Below, piece by piece: positions 17,440-26,811 of a DNA stretch of 31,432 nucleotides. This DNA comes from a virus. Where the stretch lies: UHGV virus genome UHGV-0112447, one strand, 5' to 3'. The position numbers and the translations under genes are program-made. Within the stretch, counting starts at the first letter, position 1. Each line of letters opens with the position of its first letter. The notes beneath the pieces are model-generated. The model saw only the letters and a list, made by a program, of their open reading frames with translations. It searched no databases and was not told the DNA's origin.

Positions 17440-17779
17440 CCGGATGCAGTCAATCCGGGGCGGGATGTCTGATGCAACGCCGGTGCAGGGCGGGGAGAGC
17501 CGGGCGCAGGAAAACCTTATCAACTGCATTGCCGAAAAAGAGCGGCTGGGACATACCCGCGCGGCGGTTGCCCGGCTGGTCAAGCTGGTGGAGCGCGGGC
17601 TGGCGGGCCTCTCAGATCAGGAGCGCAGGGTGCTGGAGCTGTTTTATATCCAGCGGCAGGCGGGGCATGTGGAGCGCCTGATGGACGAGCTGCATGTTGA
17701 GCAAACACAAATTTACCGCATCAAGGATGCGGCTCTCTACAAATTCACCGTCACACTATATGGGATTGTTGAATTTTAA
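17342..17779 (+). CDS. RinA/ArpU-like late transcriptional activator
   Basis: LSDQERRVLELFY...IYRIKDAAL sigma-region-4-like tail; last early gene. Confidence 0.8.
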   Translation: MNWKKEAENDLRSYMRRKDSLQNIQDKIASLDDRMQSIRGGMSDATPVQGGESRAQENLINCIAEKERLGHTRAAVARLVKLVERGLAGLSDQERRVLELFYIQRQAGHVERLMDELHVEQTQIYRIKDAALYKFTVTLYGIVEF

Positions 17780-17795
17780 TATCTACGCAAACAAC

Positions 17796-17828
17796 AAAAC
17801 AGGGTCCGTTTAAACGGGCCCTGTTTTT
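17796..17828. terminator. Bidirectional terminator
   Basis: AAAACAGGGTCCGTT-TA-AACGGGCCCTGTTTTT between convergent genes. Confidence 0.85.
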
Positions 17829-17834
17829 GATGTT

Positions 17835-18614
17835 TTATTTGATCTTGTATTTTGACGGGGCGGGCTTCTTATCGCTGGCGCCGCGCCGCCGCGCCATGTG
17901 TGGATTGATGTAGACGAGTTTGCCGCTCTGCGCCCGGCGAAAGTGTCCCCGCACCGCCCAGGTAAATTTGCTGTAGGTCCGCTGGGCCGGGCGCTCACGC
18001 TCCTCAATCTGATACCGCCGGACTTTGGAGCGCAGGACAAAGACGTGCTCCGGCTTTTGGGACCGGCTGCGTGAGCCTGTCCGTTTGCGGCGCGGGGGAG
18101 GGTCGGTATATTCCACGTCCGGCCGGTAGTAGAGCAGGTAAAAGGTGACGTATCGGTAGATATTGATGACGTCTGATGCCGCCTGCAACAATTCCTCTGT
18201 GTTTTCCCAAGCGGATGCCGGAATCAGGCTCTCGGTATTGTAGCGCAGCGCGAGGCGCCCCTGCTCGTCACTGGTCGTCAAATTGTAATCAAAGGACACC
18301 TCGATCTGCTTTTTTCCGTCGATATAAGAGAGTAAATATACCTCGGTGGGGGTATCATGGCAAACATAGATTTCCTGCGTCATCGTTGGGATATGACCCA
18401 TCCGTTCCATGATTTTGGAGGCTTCCTCCGGTGTCATGATTTTAGAGGCATCCTCCGGGGCATAGGTAACGCGAATCACATACTGATCAAAGAGCGGCGG
18501 CAGAATCTCGGGCGGCTTACTGCTCCAAAAGTAGCTGCGCAGGTCGTCGATTTTGCTGCGGCTTGCCTCGATGGAGGTCAGGGCGGCGAGCCGTTTGTGC
18601 GCGGGCCGGTACAT
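17835..18614 (-). CDS. Hypothetical protein with basic C-terminal VRGHFRR motif
   Basis: AGAGGTG RBS; 259-aa ORF ending at the terminator. Confidence 0.75.
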   Translation of the reverse strand: MYRPAHKRLAALTSIEASRSKIDDLRSYFWSSKPPEILPPLFDQYVIRVTYAPEDASKIMTPEEASKIMERMGHIPTMTQEIYVCHDTPTEVYLLSYIDGKKQIEVSFDYNLTTSDEQGRLALRYNTESLIPASAWENTEELLQAASDVINIYRYVTFYLLYYRPDVEYTDPPPRRKRTGSRSRSQKPEHVFVLRSKVRRYQIEERERPAQRTYSKFTWAVRGHFRRAQSGKLVYINPHMARRRGASDKKPAPSKYKIK

Positions 18615-18618
18615 CGGG

Positions 18619-19173
18619 TCACCTCTTTCCCGGCAGATCGCCCGTCGAGATGTCAGGCGCCTTGGTGCATTGCCAGTTCGCGGGAGTGGCGCTACCGTAA
18701 AAATCGGAGACGGCGATCACTTTAGCTGGGATATCTTTCCGACCGCCGTCCGCCTGCGGCACAGAGAAGGTGAGGCCGGATGCGATGGCCTCGTCAACGG
18801 CTGCCTCCAGATTGTGCTCCCGCACCTGCGCGGGAGTGTTGCACCAGACAAATACGCAGGGCCCCATGCCGTCCTTTGTGCTGTGAGCGGAGTGCAGGCC
18901 GGTCATGCTACGGTGGGCGAATGAAAACGGTCCCTCCTGTACGCCCTCGGGCAGCTCGACCCGGACGAGTTTGCGGTATGGCGCTTCCTGCTGAGTGCAT
19001 TCGGCAAAGAGGCTCCATCCGTCCTTTTTGATCTGCCTCCATACGCCGGGCCCCTCCGGTCGGGTCGAGCTCTCGGAAACTCCCGCAAAAACTGTGGATT
19101 CTCCCGGGGCGTGCGGGGTTTTTCCAGGCCGGGTTGCTGTATAAACGGTGACGATGATGTTGGCGGTTGTCAT
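18619..19173 (-). CDS. Hypothetical protein, 184 aa
   Basis: AGGAGG RBS; ATG 19173 overlaps the upstream stop. Confidence 0.7.
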   Translation of the reverse strand: MTTANIIVTVYTATRPGKTPHAPGESTVFAGVSESSTRPEGPGVWRQIKKDGWSLFAECTQQEAPYRKLVRVELPEGVQEGPFSFAHRSMTGLHSAHSTKDGMGPCVFVWCNTPAQVREHNLEAAVDEAIASGLTFSVPQADGGRKDIPAKVIAVSDFYGSATPANWQCTKAPDISTGDLPGKR

Positions 19174-19355
19174 TTTGATAGCCCTCCTATTGCGTTTGTA
19201 ACGCAATCGATAACAAATTGATTCAGCGATTTTCCACGAGCTGCCGCTTCTGATCTCCAACGCTCTTTTGTCCCCTTAATTGGCCTGATCTTGATTTCAT
19301 CCAGCTTTTCAAGGTGTCTTTTGACATATTCTTTTTGCTTGTCCGATACTGGCAC
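19170..19355 (-). CDS. Ribbon-helix-helix (Arc-like) regulator
   Basis: DEIKIRP.KG.KE...AAARGKSLNQFVIDCV; AAGGAGG RBS. Confidence 0.8.
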   Translation of the reverse strand: MPVSDKQKEYVKRHLEKLDEIKIRPIKGTKERWRSEAAARGKSLNQFVIDCVTNAIGGLSK

Positions 19356-19404
19356 ATAACCGCCTCCTTTTGAGGATAGTATATCAATTTATAACAACTT
19401 GTAC

Positions 19405-19617
19405 TCAAGCCATGATAATACGAAAGGTTGCGCTTGTATATACTGGGTCGGATACGATCAGATAACGCCCGTCTTTGCGGGTTTTTACTGTTTCTTTTTG
19501 CTCTTCGTCGTACCCCTCTGCGCGGAAATATGCGTCCAGTCTGTTGAGACCCTTCTCGAAATAAGTGCACTCTACCTCGTCGTTGCTGTTTAATCTCTGG
19601 ATTTGATAAGTTTTCAT
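19405..19617 (-). CDS. Hypothetical 70-aa protein
   Basis: GAAAGGA RBS; first gene after the promoter. Confidence 0.7.
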   Translation of the reverse strand: MKTYQIQRLNSNDEVECTYFEKGLNRLDAYFRAEGYDEEQKETVKTRKDGRYLIVSDPVYTSATFRIIMA

Positions 19618-19699
19618 GTTGTTTCCTTTCCGGCCTGTTGGCCTGTCGGGCAAATGGCCCTTTTATTTGTTGTTGTCCGTTCTCTTACCTTGTGACTTT

Positions 19700-19760
19700 A
19701 TTATATACTATGTTCACATATTTTGCAATTGGCAAAATAGATAAATATGTTCCCATATTT
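19700..19760 (-). promoter_or_regulatory. Cassette promoter with repeated operator
   Basis: TTGCAA(19728)-17-TATAAT(19705); TATGTTC[AC]CATATTT at 19709 and 19746. Confidence 0.75.
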
Positions 19761-19794
19761 TTATATATTATATGTGTGTATATATCATTCGGAT

Positions 19795-19837
19795 GGGAAA
19801 AAGAGGGGAAGTTTTTTAGCAAAAGCCCTGCTATAAT
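19795..19837 (+). promoter_or_regulatory. Probable activator-dependent late promoter
   Basis: Extended -10 TGCTATAAT without a good -35; GGGAA repeats upstream. Confidence 0.6.
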
Positions 19838-19844
19838 AAGAACA

Positions 19845-20087
19845 GTGGTACTGGGCGGGAAAACCCGGACCGGAAAAAGCGGCTATATGGCCGGTGGGAC
19901 AAAAGGCCCACAGAATCAGCGGCGCGGGGAAATGCCCTCACGATCAGAGGATGCAGAGTATCCGCGCAGCTCAGATGACCCGTTGGCCGTCCGGGTTAAG
20001 ACGGCAGCCAAACAGATCCCATCGGCCATATGGCACACTGATGGGCCATTTGTTGTAAGGACGCTCTTCGGGGCGTCCTTGCTTTTT
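19845..20087 (+). ncRNA. Candidate structured leader/ncRNA
   Basis: Five or more consecutive stem-loops ending in a UUCG terminator-like hairpin; no convincing CDS. Confidence 0.45.
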
Positions 20088-20097
20088 GGAGGACATC

Positions 20098-20409
20098 ATG
20101 GCAGCAAAACAGGTTAACCCGTTCTATCGTTCGCGTGCGTGGAAAACAAAGCGCGAGGCGATCCTTCGGCGAGACGGTTATCTTTGCAAATTATCAAGGC
20201 GGTATGGCAAGACATGCCCAGCGGAGACGGTGCATCACATCTATCCGCTGGACTTATATCCAGAGCATGCATTATGCGAGTGGAATTTGATATCGGTATC
20301 ATCCGAGATGCACAATCGTTTGCACAACAGAGAGGACGGGAGTTTGAGCGCAGATGGCGAAGCACTGATGCGCGTGACGATCCCCCCCTCTCGGATTGAG
20401 AAAAAATAG
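20098..20409 (+). CDS. HNH endonuclease, terminase-associated
   Basis: RRDGYLC, TVHHI and NLISVS..HN..H motifs; upstream of the small terminase. Confidence 0.85.
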   Translation: MAAKQVNPFYRSRAWKTKREAILRRDGYLCKLSRRYGKTCPAETVHHIYPLDLYPEHALCEWNLISVSSEMHNRLHNREDGSLSADGEALMRVTIPPSRIEKK

Positions 20410-20450
20410 ACTTACGGGGACCGGCGGGGGGAACTCTTTCCCTCTCCGGG
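20382..20450. other. Probable cos region
   Basis: C7 run followed by GGGGACCGGCGGGGGG between HNH and TerS, the usual layout in HNH-cos phages. Confidence 0.5.
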
Positions 20451-20477
20451 AAAAGTTGGAAGAAAAGGGGGCGCAAA

Positions 20478-20855
20478 ATGAACCGGAAGAAATGGAAGTC
20501 CAAAATCATGAAAGCGTGCAAAGACGCCGGAACGTATGAAGAATATTTTTCGGGGGCAATCGATGCTTTGTCTGAAATTTTGGAAAAACGGGATTCCGCT
20601 GCAGAACAATACGAAGCACTTGGCGCGCTCCCTGTGATCGAGCACACCAACCAGGGCGGGGCAACAAATTACGTGAAGCATCCGGCAGTTGTGCTGTGGA
20701 ATGAGCTGAACACAAGCGCGCTGGCTTATTGGCGCGAGCTGGGGCTAACTCCCTCCAGTTTCAAAAAAGCGACTGGCGAAATTCCCAAAAAAGAAAAAAG
20801 CGGCGGGCTGCTTGACGAGTTGGCCGCAATCAGAAACGAGCTGAAAAGCGGATGA
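20478..20855 (+). CDS. terS: Terminase small subunit, P27-like
   Basis: KHPAV and ELGLTPSS motifs. Confidence 0.9.
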   Translation: MNRKKWKSKIMKACKDAGTYEEYFSGAIDALSEILEKRDSAAEQYEALGALPVIEHTNQGGATNYVKHPAVVLWNELNTSALAYWRELGLTPSSFKKATGEIPKKEKSGGLLDELAAIRNELKSG

Positions 20856-22618
20856 AGGGCAAGTACGGCGCAGATGTTGAGGCGTATGTGTCGGCGGTGC
20901 TTGACGGGAGAAAAGCCGCTGGGGAGGATATCAAGCTCGCCTGCCAGAGATTCCGGGATGGGCTGAATCATCCGGATTGGGAGTTTAGGGCGCGGGACGC
21001 CGATTTTGTAATCGGCATCATCGAGCGGACTTTCCAGCACCGTCAGGGGGAAACGCTGGCCGGAGAGCCGCTGAGAAACAAGCCGTTTCTGCTGGAGGCA
21101 TGGGAAAAATTTATCGTTTACGACCTGCTGGGATTTTACCGGAGGGGAACCAATGAGCGCATCCGCAAGGAGGCGTTTATTTTTATGCCGCGCAAAAACG
21201 GCAAGACGCTTTTTGTCTCGGCGCTGACTTGGGGGCTGTCTCTGCTGGAGGCCCCGAGCGGGTCGAGCGTCTATATCGTCGGCGCATCTCTGCGTCAGGC
21301 GATGCAGTCCTATAACAACATCGTAGACAATTTGCAGTTAAACCTTTACCGGGGCCGCGCCGCCGCTGAGCGGGAGGGCTGGCGGGTGCTCGATAACAAC
21401 ATGGAGCACTCGATCGAGCACAAAAGCCTTTGCGGCGGGTCGGTGCGGATTGAGGCGCTCGCGGCCAATCCCGACGCGCACGATTCGCTTAACTCCAACA
21501 TCCAGATCTGCGACGAGCTGCACGCCTACAAAAACGCCAAGCAGTATAACGTCATCAAGGAGAGCGGCAAGGCGTATACCAACAAGCTGTGCATCGGGAT
21601 TACAACGGCCGGGGACGACCCGACCGGGTTCTGCGCCCAGCGGCTCAAATACTGTCAAAAGGTTCTGCGCGGGCTGGCAAATGACGACGCATACGGCATT
21701 TTCATCTGGAAAGCGGATGAGGACGAAAAGGGGAATGTGGATTATATCAATCCCGTCCAGCACGAGCAGGCAAACCCAAACTACGGCGTGACCATCCGGC
21801 CGGAGGACATTATGAACGACGCGCGGCAGGCGCAGAACGACCCGCAGCAGCGCAAGGATTTTCTGGCCAAATCGCTCAACGTCTTTACCTCGGCCATGTC
21901 CGCTTATTTTAACCTCAAGGAATTTCGAGCGAGTGACGCGGCCTGTCAGGCGGCCTTGGGGCTGCCTGCCGGGACCGCCGCACAAAAACTGGCGGCGCTT
22001 TCGCGATTGCCAGTCAAATGGTTCGGAGGGGCCGATCTTTCCAAGCTGCATGACCTGACGGCGGCGGCCCTCTATGGCTGCTACCGGGATATTGATATCG
22101 TGGTGCCGCACTGCTGGTTCCCGGTGGTGGCGGCCCACCACAAGGCCGACGAGGACAACATCCCGCTGTTCGGCTGGATGGACGACGGATGGCTGGATAT
22201 GTCCAACGCGCCGACTACCAATCACGCGGAGGTCGTCGAGTGGTTCAAGACGATGAAACGGTCCGGGTTCAAGATCAGGCAGGTAGGGCATGACCGCAAA
22301 TTCTGCCGGGAATATTTTCTCGGGATGAAGGCCGCGGGGTTCTCGATCGAGGATCAGCCGCAGTATTATTGGCGCAAGTCCGAGGGGTTTCGCCGGATTG
22401 AGCAAAAGGCCAAGGACGGCAAGCTCTGCTATCTTGGGGCGGAGCCATTTGAATACTGCGTGGCAAACGTCCGGGCAATCGAAAAAACAGACGATATGAT
22501 CCAGTACGATAAAGTGCAACCGGAGCACAGGATCGACGTGTTTGACGCGGCGGTCTTTGCCTGCTGCCGGATGCTGGAAAATCTCGAGACAGTGCAGGAA
22601 GCGAGGAAGTGGATATGA
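20852..22618 (+). CDS. terL: Terminase large subunit
   Basis: PRKNGKT, DELH, ITTAG, GADLS and RIDVFDA motifs. Confidence 0.95.
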   Translation: MKGKYGADVEAYVSAVLDGRKAAGEDIKLACQRFRDGLNHPDWEFRARDADFVIGIIERTFQHRQGETLAGEPLRNKPFLLEAWEKFIVYDLLGFYRRGTNERIRKEAFIFMPRKNGKTLFVSALTWGLSLLEAPSGSSVYIVGASLRQAMQSYNNIVDNLQLNLYRGRAAAEREGWRVLDNNMEHSIEHKSLCGGSVRIEALAANPDAHDSLNSNIQICDELHAYKNAKQYNVIKESGKAYTNKLCIGITTAGDDPTGFCAQRLKYCQKVLRGLANDDAYGIFIWKADEDEKGNVDYINPVQHEQANPNYGVTIRPEDIMNDARQAQNDPQQRKDFLAKSLNVFTSAMSAYFNLKEFRASDAACQAALGLPAGTAAQKLAALSRLPVKWFGGADLSKLHDLTAAALYGCYRDIDIVVPHCWFPVVAAHHKADEDNIPLFGWMDDGWLDMSNAPTTNHAEVVEWFKTMKRSGFKIRQVGHDRKFCREYFLGMKAAGFSIEDQPQYYWRKSEGFRRIEQKAKDGKLCYLGAEPFEYCVANVRAIEKTDDMIQYDKVQPEHRIDVFDAAVFACCRMLENLETVQEARKWI

Positions 22619-23061
22619 AGATACGGGTGTTCGCATGGCCAAAGGGCGGCCGAGGGACTTTGAGTAAGATGGAAATTTCAGAAGCTAAGCTGATGGGAAT
22701 AAACGGCCGCGAGCTGCTGATCTGGTTGGCCGGAGAGCGTGCGCGGCGTATCCTGACGGCACTGGCTAAAAATGAAAGCGCCGTAGACGTGGAGATCGAG
22801 GCGGAGGACGGCGAGATTTTCGGCGGACCTGTTGATGTGCAAGAAATGGAGCAGACGTCCTACGACGGGTATCGGATATACGCCAAAACGGTCAAACGGA
22901 GATATGGGGAGTTTGACAAGCTGGCGTTGTACGGCTGCCGGATCAATACGATAACACAATCGCGGGGCGAAGACTGGCAGGCGACGCTGTTGGCCGGGGA
23001 CGGCGCGATCACAGCCGCGCGGCTGGCAATGGTCGGAGAAAAAATCGAGGTGGAAAAATGA
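22609..23061 (+). CDS. Hypothetical protein between terL and portal
   Basis: 150-aa ORF overlapping both neighbours. Confidence 0.7.
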   Translation: MDMKIRVFAWPKGGRGTLSKMEISEAKLMGINGRELLIWLAGERARRILTALAKNESAVDVEIEAEDGEIFGGPVDVQEMEQTSYDGYRIYAKTVKRRYGEFDKLALYGCRINTITQSRGEDWQATLLAGDGAITAARLAMVGEKIEVEK

Positions 23062-24260
23062 GCAAAAAGAAAAGACGGTCTCAGCCGGTGCGGGATGCGC
23101 CTGTCAAACGGGAGACGCAGGCGGCGTGGCTCTGCTCGGCGGATGCGTGGGACACGCTGGTGCTCGACACCCACCGGCCTCTGGCGAGCTGCCCAGAGGT
23201 GCGGATGTGCGTCAACGTCTACGCGGATCTGATCGGGAGCATGACCATCTACCTGATGGAAAACAGCGAGATCGGAGACATTCGGGTACAAAACGAGCTG
23301 TCGCGCAAGCTCGACATTGAGCCAAACCCGCTGATGACCCGAAAACAGTGGATGACCAATCTTGTGAGCGTGCTGATGCTCGCGGGGGACGGAAATCAGT
23401 TTACCGCGCCGGTCTACCGGGACGGATATCTGGAGAGCCTCGTTCCGCTGCGCCCGTCGCAGGCGATGATACAGGACACGCCGGACGGGGGCTATTACGT
23501 GCGGTACGGGGACCGGGTTTTTCAGCCAGATGAGCTGCTGCATTTTGTGATCAACCCCGACCCGGAAAGGCCCTGGCATGGGACTGGCTACCGGCTGCTG
23601 CTCTCCGACGTGGTGGCCGGACTGAGGCAGGCGGGCAAAACCAAGCGGGCGCTGATGGAGTCTCCCGCGCCTTCGATCATCGTCAAGGTGGATTCCAACG
23701 CCGAGGAGCTGGCGACGCCGCAGGGCCAGGACGCTTTGACCAAGCGGTATTTCAGCGCTGTCCGGGACGGGAGGCCCTGGATGATTCCCGCCGAGCTGAT
23801 GGACGTGCAGCAGGTCAAGCCGCTGACCGTCAACGATCTCGCAATCCCCAAAAATTTAGAGCTGGACAAAAGGACGGTCGCCGGGATGTTCGGCGTGCCG
23901 CCTTTTTTGGTCGGCGTGGGGACCTTCTCGGCAGACGAATACAACAACTTTATCTCAAGCCGGATTATGCCGCTCGCCAAGGCGATCGAGCAGGAGATGA
24001 CCCGCAAGCTGCTGATTTCGCCAAACTGGTATATCCGATTTAATTCGCGGTCGCTTTACTCCTATTCGCTCAGCCAGCTGATTGACGCAGGTTCCGCAAT
24101 GGTGGACCGGATGGCGATGACCCGCAACGAGTGGCGCGATTGGATCGGGATGGCGCCGCGCAGTGAGATGGAAGAGCTTTTGGCGCTTGAAAACTATATC
24201 CCGGCCGACAGACTGGGCGATCAAAACAAACTGACGGGAGGTGAGACAAATGGAGGATAA
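23058..24260 (+). CDS. Portal protein, HK97 family
   Basis: EPNPLMT, VAGMFGVPPFLVG and MTRNEWR motifs. Confidence 0.95.
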   Translation: MSKKKRRSQPVRDAPVKRETQAAWLCSADAWDTLVLDTHRPLASCPEVRMCVNVYADLIGSMTIYLMENSEIGDIRVQNELSRKLDIEPNPLMTRKQWMTNLVSVLMLAGDGNQFTAPVYRDGYLESLVPLRPSQAMIQDTPDGGYYVRYGDRVFQPDELLHFVINPDPERPWHGTGYRLLLSDVVAGLRQAGKTKRALMESPAPSIIVKVDSNAEELATPQGQDALTKRYFSAVRDGRPWMIPAELMDVQQVKPLTVNDLAIPKNLELDKRTVAGMFGVPPFLVGVGTFSADEYNNFISSRIMPLAKAIEQEMTRKLLISPNWYIRFNSRSLYSYSLSQLIDAGSAMVDRMAMTRNEWRDWIGMAPRSEMEELLALENYIPADRLGDQNKLTGGETNGG

Positions 24261-24831
24261 CCGCAAAAGCAGGCAGATGCGAAGCCGGGGGACCGAGTTT
24301 CGGGCGGCGGAGCAGGACGGGCAAAAGTACATCGAGGGGTATTTCGCGGTGTTCGGCGGTGTCTATGAGCTTTGGCCGGGGGCGACAGAGAGTGTGGACC
24401 CGCACGCCTTCGACGACACTTTGGGCGGGGATATCCGGGCGCTGATCAATCACGACACAACCCTTGTGCTCGGGCGCACCAAGGCCGGGACGCTGGAGCT
24501 CAAGGTGGACAGCCGGGGGCTTTGGGGGCGCATCAGAGTCAATCAGGCAGACGGAGACGCGCTCAACCTGTACTCTCGCATCGAGCGCGGGGATGTGGAT
24601 CAGTGTTCGTTCGGATTTGAGATCCTTGAGGAAGAGACCGAATGGAGGGACGACGGGTCGGTACACTGGACCATCAAGCGCGTCAAGCTCTACGAGGTTT
24701 CACCGGTCACCTTCCCGGCCTATGAGGACACCAGCGTTTCCGCCCGGCGGCGGGACTACGATGAGATCAGGGAGCGCCGGGCCGAGGCGTGGAAAGCAAA
24801 AATGAAAGAGAGGTTAAGCAAATGGCATTAA
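24250..24831 (+). CDS. Prohead protease, HK97 family
   Basis: IEGYFAVF, LINHD, CSFGF and EVSPVTFPAY motifs. Confidence 0.95.
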   Translation: MEDNRKSRQMRSRGTEFRAAEQDGQKYIEGYFAVFGGVYELWPGATESVDPHAFDDTLGGDIRALINHDTTLVLGRTKAGTLELKVDSRGLWGRIRVNQADGDALNLYSRIERGDVDQCSFGFEILEEETEWRDDGSVHWTIKRVKLYEVSPVTFPAYEDTSVSARRRDYDEIRERRAEAWKAKMKERLSKWH

Positions 24832-26240
24832 GACAGCTGATCATCGGCAAAAAGCTGGAAGGGCTGCGGGCAAAACTCGAGGCCCTGACAGCGAAGGATG
24901 CGGAATTTGAGAAACGCGCTGCCGCTCTCAAAACCCGCGAGGCAGAGCTGGAGGCGGCGGTGGCAGAGGTAACGGCGGAGACGCCCGACGAGGACCGCGC
25001 GGCGGTGGACGAATCGGTCGCGGCATTTGAGGCGGATCAAGCCGCTTTGGAAGCGGACAAGGCCGCGAATACCGCGGACAAATCGGCAGTGGAGGGTGAG
25101 ATCGCGACACTCAACGCCGAACTGGAGGAACTCAACAAAAAGGCCGCGCCCCCTGTGGGCGTTCCCGAGACAAACAGAAAGGGTGAAATTAAAATGGAAA
25201 GCAGACGGTTTTTTGGCATGAGCACCGAGCGCCGCGACGCATTTTTTGCGGACACGCAGGTCAGGGATTTCATGGCGCGGGTGCGCGAGCTGGGCGCCCA
25301 GAAGCGGGCGATAACCGGCGGCGAGCTTCTGATCCCGGTGGTCATGCTTGACCTGATCCGGGAAAACATCAGCAAATACTCCAAGCTGATCAGCAAAGTC
25401 AATCTGCGCAGCGTCCCCGGCCAGGCGCGGCAGAACATCATGGGCACCATCCCCGAGGCGGTATGGACCGAGATGTGCGCTAACCTCAACGAGCTGAACC
25501 TTGTGTTTAACCAGGCCGAGGTGGACGGCTACAAGGTCGGCGGCTATATCGCCATCTGCAACGCAACCCTGCAGGACAGCGATATCGCCCTTGCCTCAGA
25601 GATTATTTCGGCGCTGGGTCAGGCCATCGGCTACGCGCTGGACAAGGCGATTTTGTACGGCACCGGCACCAAGATGCCGCTGGGCATCGTGACCCGCCTC
25701 GCGCAGAGCCAAGAGCCTTCCGGCTATCCGGCCAATGCGCGCGAATGGGTGGACCTGCATACCAGCAACATCAAGAAGATCGCCTCCGGCAAGACCGGAG
25801 CGGCACTCTATCAGGAGATCATCCGCGATTTCGGCGCGGCAAAGGGCAAATACTCCAGAGGGGTCAAATTCTGGGCGATGAACGACGCGACCTATACCGA
25901 GCTGATGGCTGAGGCACTGACCATCAATGCGGCCGGCGCAATTGTGTCCGGCCAGAGCAACACCATGCCGGTGCTCAACGGCGACATTGTGGTGCTTGAT
26001 TTTATCCCTGACAAAAACATCATCGGCGGTTACGGGGACCTTTACCTGCTGGCCGAGCGGGCGGGCACCGCGATCGCGCAGAGCGAGCACGTCCGCTTTA
26101 TCGAGGACCAGACGGTATTTAAGGGCACCGCCCGGTATGACGGCCTGCCGGTTATCCCCGAGGGCTTTGTGGTGCTCGGTATCGGCGGCATCGCGCCCGC
26201 TACCAGCATCACCTTTGCGAGCGACAGCGCAAACCCTTAA
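24822..26240 (+). CDS. Major capsid protein, HK97 fold, with N-terminal coiled-coil scaffold
   Basis: GGELLIP, DKAILYGTGTKMPLGI and GTARYDG motifs; synteny. Confidence 0.95.
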   Translation: MALRQLIIGKKLEGLRAKLEALTAKDAEFEKRAAALKTREAELEAAVAEVTAETPDEDRAAVDESVAAFEADQAALEADKAANTADKSAVEGEIATLNAELEELNKKAAPPVGVPETNRKGEIKMESRRFFGMSTERRDAFFADTQVRDFMARVRELGAQKRAITGGELLIPVVMLDLIRENISKYSKLISKVNLRSVPGQARQNIMGTIPEAVWTEMCANLNELNLVFNQAEVDGYKVGGYIAICNATLQDSDIALASEIISALGQAIGYALDKAILYGTGTKMPLGIVTRLAQSQEPSGYPANAREWVDLHTSNIKKIASGKTGAALYQEIIRDFGAAKGKYSRGVKFWAMNDATYTELMAEALTINAAGAIVSGQSNTMPVLNGDIVVLDFIPDKNIIGGYGDLYLLAERAGTAIAQSEHVRFIEDQTVFKGTARYDGLPVIPEGFVVLGIGGIAPATSITFASDSANP

Positions 26241-26515
26241 CGGCGGCCCTGTCATTGCTGGAGATAGGGTCGCTGTCTTTGACGCCCGCATTTGACCCCA
26301 AGGTCATGAGCTATACGGCGTCAACCAGCAACGCCACCAACAAGATCACCGCGACGGCGGCAAAGCCCAACACCACGATTGCGGTCAAGGTGGGAGGCGC
26401 CCCGCTCGCCAACGGCGGTACGGTGACATGGCAGGCGGGGGAAAACGCTGTAACGGTGGATACCGCCAACGGCACAACCAGACTGACCTATACCGTCACC
26501 GTCACCAAATCGTAG
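26231..26515 (+). CDS. Cadherin/Ig-like beta-sandwich domain, probably a -1 frameshift extension of the capsid protein
   Basis: LSLTPAFDP..SYTA...YTVTVTK motif; frame open from the A-AAC-CCT heptamer; no clear RBS. Confidence 0.7.
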   Translation, partial: KPLTAALSLLEIGSLSLTPAFDPKVMSYTASTSNATNKITATAAKPNTTIAVKVGGAPLANGGTVTWQAGENAVTVDTANGTTRLTYTVTVTKS

Positions 26516-26532
26516 CGTAAGGAGGCGGCGGG

Positions 26533-26811
26533 ATGGACGACGCGACAAAACTGACGCTGCTGCGGATGGATTTACAGATCACGACGGACAAATATAACGA
26601 GTATCTGGCGGCGGTTCTCTCCGCCGCCGCCGCCGCCATTGAGCGTGAGGGGGTTGTTCTAGCGGATACGGCAGAGGACGGGATGCTCTGCGTGCAGTAT
26701 GCCGCCTATCTCTATCGCCGCAGGCGGGAGCAGGATACAGCAATGCCGCGGTATCTGCGCTGGATGCTCAACAACTGCAAAATCTCGCAGGAGGGGACGC
26801 CGAATGGATGA
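26533..26811 (+). CDS. Head-tail connector protein
   Basis: AAGGAGG RBS; synteny; YAAYLYRRR...MPRYLR. Confidence 0.75.
   Translation: MDDATKLTLLRMDLQITTDKYNEYLAAVLSAAAAAIEREGVVLADTAEDGMLCVQYAAYLYRRRREQDTAMPRYLRWMLNNCKISQEGTPNG

Noticed and set aside
19866..19911. c-di-GMP-I riboswitch or self-cleaving ribozyme
   Set aside because: Only GTGGGAC.AAA resembles the riboswitch; conserved cores of it and of hammerhead/pistol ribozymes were not found
19960..20050. Intact tRNA gene
   Set aside because: Partial D-arm-like resemblance only; no GTTCRA T-loop or matching acceptor stem
19638..20117. 159-aa plus-strand ORF
   Set aside because: Runs through AT-rich promoters and hairpins, has no RBS and no recognisable motif
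20098..20409. Mobile homing endonuclease
   Set aside because: Size and position next to cos/terS fit a terminase-associated HNH
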